From positions 1,952,001-2,016,000 of the forward strand of contig CBDCJV010000002.1 of NCBI GenBank assembly GCA_965217895.1: a DNA stretch of 64,000 nt, given 5' to 3'. Source of the stretch: Waterburya sp. (GTDB taxonomy: Bacteria > Cyanobacteriota > Cyanobacteriia > Cyanobacteriales > Xenococcaceae). The notes beneath the pieces are model-generated. The model ran no database searches, was not told the origin of the DNA, and saw nothing but the letters and a program-made list of their open reading frames with translations. Of this stretch, positions 60,123 to 64,000 are shown piece by piece (the stretch's first letter is position 1; each line of letters starts with the position of its first letter). The position numbers were made by a program, and so were the translations under genes.

Positions 60123-60446
60123 TATTAATCCAATAAAAAATGGAATAAATTCTTTTTAAATCGGGTGTTGAAAATAAAATATTCAGAAATAAGAGAATTT
60201 ATGACGAGCAAATAACTTTTGATAGAAGATACCAAAAATTTACGTATTTTTACTTAATTTATAATACTACATTAATTCAAGATAACTGTTGGCTTAGTTA
60301 TGTCATCTGGAAGGTTAAACTGGAAGATGCTGTTAGCAAAGCCACAAAGATAAAATTTGGAGATTTCATAGCCATAGATATTAAAACTTCACCGCAAAAT
60401 ATCAAGACTGAACGATTCTATTGTCTATTTTGCTGACGCTCTCTAA

Positions 60447-60635
60447 GAGACTGTTTGTAAAAAGAAAATTTAATTTTCCTGCTGTTAAGTAGGGTCGTGT
60501 TTGAGGTGTTTGAGGTGTTTGAGGTGTTTGAGGTGTTTGGGGTAATTGGGGGAGTAAAGTTTCTACTCCATCTTCACCACCTCACTATCTTCACCACTTC
60601 TCCACCCCCTTAACATTTACTTTACAAACAGTTTC
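60447..60635. mobile_element. 189-bp MITE with TAA target duplication and internal 9-mer tandem repeat
   Basis: TIR GAGACTGTTTGTAAA / TTTACAAACAGTTTC flanked by TAA; (GTGTTTGAG)x4 at about 60497-60532. Confidence 0.75.
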
Positions 60636-60957
60636 TAAGTATTGTCTAGCTACATAATCAACCTGAGTTTGACGAGAATAATCATGAGTCTCAAAACGAG
60701 CCAGGACGAGATTGGATTCGGGCGGTCAACATTCTAAGGTTTCTTTAGAATTGCGTTCTTAGAATATGCGCCTTGGAAAAAAGCATTTCCTCTCGTCAAT
60801 GTCTCACGTTTTTTCAGTATTTCTGACCTCTAACCTTCCGTAATTTAACGTCGATTGGTCTTTTTTCTCGACTTGATGCCACGTCTGTTGGCGCGAAATA
60901 GTTGTTTAAGGTCTTAACCTTTACTTCGACTGCTATATATCTAAAAATATCGCTAAT

Positions 60958-61740
60958 TCATCGAGAATTTGCAGATGCTTTAATCATTTTACTTTTGATA
61001 AAAGGTTTAGAAGCCAAATCCTCTAAACCAACCGTCCTTAATAATTCTGCCCATTTCTTTCTGACTACAGATTGTTGGGCATTAAAATCTTGCTCGTGAG
61101 CTAGTGTAGCGATCGCATCATACCAAAAACCTTGTTCACTATATAATTCAGCCTTTTCTATAGAAGTGGCAGATTGAAGTTTTTGTTCAACAGAGCGATC
61201 AATTTCTTCTTGACGCAGCCAGCCTTCGACAACTACATCACGTGAACGCTCTTGAGGATTACAAATCATTGATAGATACCAATGATAATTTTGATCGGTT
61301 TCCAATTGATTTGAATTAATTACAGCAGGAATTTTGACGCTCATAATTCCTTTTCCTGGAGTAGTCAAAAAAGCCTCATACATCAATTCGTCTTGTTCAT
61401 TGCGCAGCACAAACTCAATAGTTTTTTGTTGGCTAACTTCTGGGACGTAAAAGAAAAGTGTAGGAGAGGCAGAAGCATTAATTCCTAAAGTTTCATTGGG
61501 AATCAAGGCAACTAAATCACTATTATTAGCATTTGCTAAACAATTATCACCACCACCTCGACTTCCGCCATCTCGACGATTGGTAGGCAAACCATAATTA
61601 GAATTGACGGACTGACTTTTTTCTGATTTTTGTTCGGCTGTAGCTGGATTAACTAAACCTACCTGCAACAAATTTAAAATAATTAATAAGCCAAATAATC
61701 TATTTAGTTTACCTAGCACTAATTTAATATTTAACATCAT
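60958..61740 (-). CDS. DUF928-family exported protein
   Basis: Signal peptide, RRDGGSRG..C, PTLFFYVP, YHW, GFWYDA, W..LL..VGL. Confidence 0.9.
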   Translation of the reverse strand: MMLNIKLVLGKLNRLFGLLIILNLLQVGLVNPATAEQKSEKSQSVNSNYGLPTNRRDGGSRGGGDNCLANANNSDLVALIPNETLGINASASPTLFFYVPEVSQQKTIEFVLRNEQDELMYEAFLTTPGKGIMSVKIPAVINSNQLETDQNYHWYLSMICNPQERSRDVVVEGWLRQEEIDRSVEQKLQSATSIEKAELYSEQGFWYDAIATLAHEQDFNAQQSVVRKKWAELLRTVGLEDLASKPFIKSKMIKASANSR

Positions 61741-61976
61741 TTATTAACTAAATAAGTTAGTTGATAATATATAAATATATTAGTCTTATTCGCCAATTAA
61801 TGTCCATAGAGGTAAATCCCAACTATACTTGTTTAAACTAATATTTTATAAGCTGATAAATTAAATATTTTCACCGATCATTTTACTAAAATTGCCTTGC
61901 TACTAGTAGATTTACTTAATTAATAATATATTTTTTTGCTCTTTAAACTCTCGATTGTGTAGGAATTAACTAGTCG

Positions 61977-64000
61977 ATGAATAATAATAATGCCAAAACA
62001 GTTTATAAATACTTTAATTTTAAAAAGGCTAGGAATTGGATTGGCGCATATAGTTTATCCTTACTTTTGTTGACGGTTTTTGTTACCTTGATAGTATTAG
62101 GGGCTAGACAATTTGGTGGGTTACAGAGATTAGAATTATTGGCCTACGACTGGATGATTAATTTTAAAAGCAAAAACGAAATCGATCCAAGATTATTAGT
62201 AGTTGAAATTACGGATAAAGATATTGAGTCACAAAATAGCTGGCCAATTACTGATGAAACGATTGCTCAGTTGCTCAAAAATATACAGCAGTATCAGCCA
62301 AAGGTAATTGGCTTTGATCTTTATCGAGAAGTAGCTTATCCTCCAGGTACAAAATCCCTCAGACAAGAATTACAAAAAGATAATGTAGTCGCCATTCAAC
62401 TATTAGGAAATGGAGATAACAGTGTTTCTGCTCCTCCAGGGCTAAAGCCCGAGCAAATTGGTTTTAATGACATAGTTATCGACGAAAGCGATGATGTTCT
62501 GCGTCGGAATCTAATGTATGCTCGGTTGGGTAAAAAAGAAGAGGAAAAAATGTATGCTTTTTCTTTACGCTTAAGTCTCAAATATTTGGCAGAGCCTAAT
62601 CTTTTATTTCAAGTTCATGATGATTCTTTGCAAATCGGTAATGCAGTTTTTCCTGATTTAAAAGCAAATTCAGGTGGTTATCAGCTAAAGTCATCTGAGA
62701 CTGCGGGCTGGCAAACTTTAATTAATTATCGTTCTCCTAATATTGCCCAAAAAGTTACTTTATCGGCGGTATTAGCGGGAAAAGTTCCACCCGATCTAAT
62801 CAAAAATAAGATCGTTTTAATTGGTACTACCGCCCCTAGCATTAAAGATATTCATTCCACTCCTTACAAAGGTGCTAAGGGATATATGCCAGGAGTAATG
62901 GCTCATGCTCAAATGGTCAGTCAAATTCTAAACGTGGTTTTAGACGGCGGTTCTGTATTCTGGTTTTGGTCTGAATGGATTGAAGGGACATGGATTTGGG
63001 GGTGGGCATTGTTAGGAGCAGCGATCGCCTGGAAGCTAAAACATCCCCTAGCAATTATAACCGTAAGTATAATTAGCATTGGCGGTTTATGGGGAATTTG
63101 CTTTATTATCTTTACTTTTAACGGCTGGATTCCATTTGTTCCTCCTGCTGTTACTTTAGCGATAACTACCGCCAGCGTTTTAGGCTATAAATCTTTATAT
63201 AATCTGTTTTATGACTCTTTGACAGGACTACCCAACCGTACTTTATTTACCAAAAAACTTAAGGAACTAAAACAGAGAAATCGCTTTAAATCAAAAGGAT
63301 TAATTGCAATTCTCTGTCTAGATTTAGACCGTTTTAAATTAATTAATGACGGCTTAGGATATCAGGCGGGCGATCGCATTTTGATCGAGACGGCTCAACG
63401 TTTACAGGACAATTTGGATTCCAAGGCAATTCTAGCTAGGGTAGGGGCTGATGAATTTGCGATCGCTCTTAAAACCACCGCAGCAACTACAGAAGCGATC
63501 GAGATAGCTAATAAATTAAATAAAGTATTATCTATTCCTTTTAAACTTAGTCAGCAAGATATCTTTACCTCTGCCAGTATTGGTTTAGCTCTCAATCGTC
63601 TGGGGGAAGATTTTCAAGCAGAAGAACTCCTGCAAGCATCTCATACCGCCATGTATAAGGCTAAGGTATCAGGGAAAAGCCAACATGAAGTATTTGCCAC
63701 CAAGATGCACGAACAGGCATTACAGCGACTGCAACTAGAAGCAGATTTAAATCAGGCGATTATTAATCAAGAATTTGAGCTTTATTATCAGCCCATTATC
63801 TCTCTGGCTACGGGAATGCTCGGTGGTTTTGAGGCTTTGGTACGCTGGCAATCTCCCACTAGGGGTTTTATTTCTCCTGGAGCTTTTATTCCCGTCGCCG
63901 AAGAAACAGGTTTAATTGTGCCAATGGGAAAATGGATCTTAGAAACAGCCTGTAGTCAGATGCAGGAATGGCGCAGAGAGTTTGCTCAAGCACAATCAGT
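61977..64000 (+). CDS. CHASE2-GGDEF-EAL signalling protein, runs off window
   Basis: MNNNNAK..LELLAYD..DPRLLVVEIT..WP (CHASE2); DSLTGLPNR, DLDRFK..ND, RVGADEF; YQP..FEALVRW; not in ORF track. Confidence 0.92.
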   Translation, partial: MNNNNAKTVYKYFNFKKARNWIGAYSLSLLLLTVFVTLIVLGARQFGGLQRLELLAYDWMINFKSKNEIDPRLLVVEITDKDIESQNSWPITDETIAQLLKNIQQYQPKVIGFDLYREVAYPPGTKSLRQELQKDNVVAIQLLGNGDNSVSAPPGLKPEQIGFNDIVIDESDDVLRRNLMYARLGKKEEEKMYAFSLRLSLKYLAEPNLLFQVHDDSLQIGNAVFPDLKANSGGYQLKSSETAGWQTLINYRSPNIAQKVTLSAVLAGKVPPDLIKNKIVLIGTTAPSIKDIHSTPYKGAKGYMPGVMAHAQMVSQILNVVLDGGSVFWFWSEWIEGTWIWGWALLGAAIAWKLKHPLAIITVSIISIGGLWGICFIIFTFNGWIPFVPPAVTLAITTASVLGYKSLYNLFYDSLTGLPNRTLFTKKLKELKQRNRFKSKGLIAILCLDLDRFKLINDGLGYQAGDRILIETAQRLQDNLDSKAILARVGADEFAIALKTTAATTEAIEIANKLNKVLSIPFKLSQQDIFTSASIGLALNRLGEDFQAEELLQASHTAMYKAKVSGKSQHEVFATKMHEQALQRLQLEADLNQAIINQEFELYYQPIISLATGMLGGFEALVRWQSPTRGFISPGAFIPVAEETGLIVPMGKWILETACSQMQEWRREFAQAQS

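Noticed and set aside
60497..60545. Tandem repeats as possible CRISPR array
   Set aside because: 9-bp units without spacers and no cas genes; no CRISPR seen in the window.

Overview
AT-rich cyanobacterial chromosome segment. HIP1 GCGATCGC occurs about 80-90 times by manual count, and chlG, petL and cyanobacteriochromes are present; a Pleurocapsales-like source is only my impression. Most of it is conserved backbone: DUF2808-rpmH-rnpA-PH-yidC-jag-yceD-chlG, bioY, xth, metG-NYN-lptC, petL, cobH, rlmN, menB, yidD, phytol kinase, ybeY-dgkA-trpG/pabA, recJ, LCP, mobA, rodA. Two accessory islands interrupt it (AraC/SDR/ADH at 11.4-15.4 kb; a GNAT/DUF1772/two-component mosaic at 43.7-50.0 kb). It ends in a light/c-di-GMP signalling block. 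The main signal is that five accessory junctions fall at HIP1 octamers. The 3' ends of mobA and of an SDR gene are each duplicated downstream starting at a HIP1 (one copy degenerate). Two orphan gene tails start exactly at HIP1. A 313-bp antitoxin cassette lies between two HIP1 copies, and its excision would restore a stop codon and a tight operon. This suggests HIP1-anchored DNA integration without any integrase in view. Other leads are a possible divergent LCIB/theta-carbonic-anhydrase-like protein, a tandem-ComFB gene with a switch-like leader, two PixJ-derived multi-CBCR photoreceptors that lost the MCP signalling tip, and several nested MITEs/small repeats. All calls come from reading the sequence; no database searches were run.
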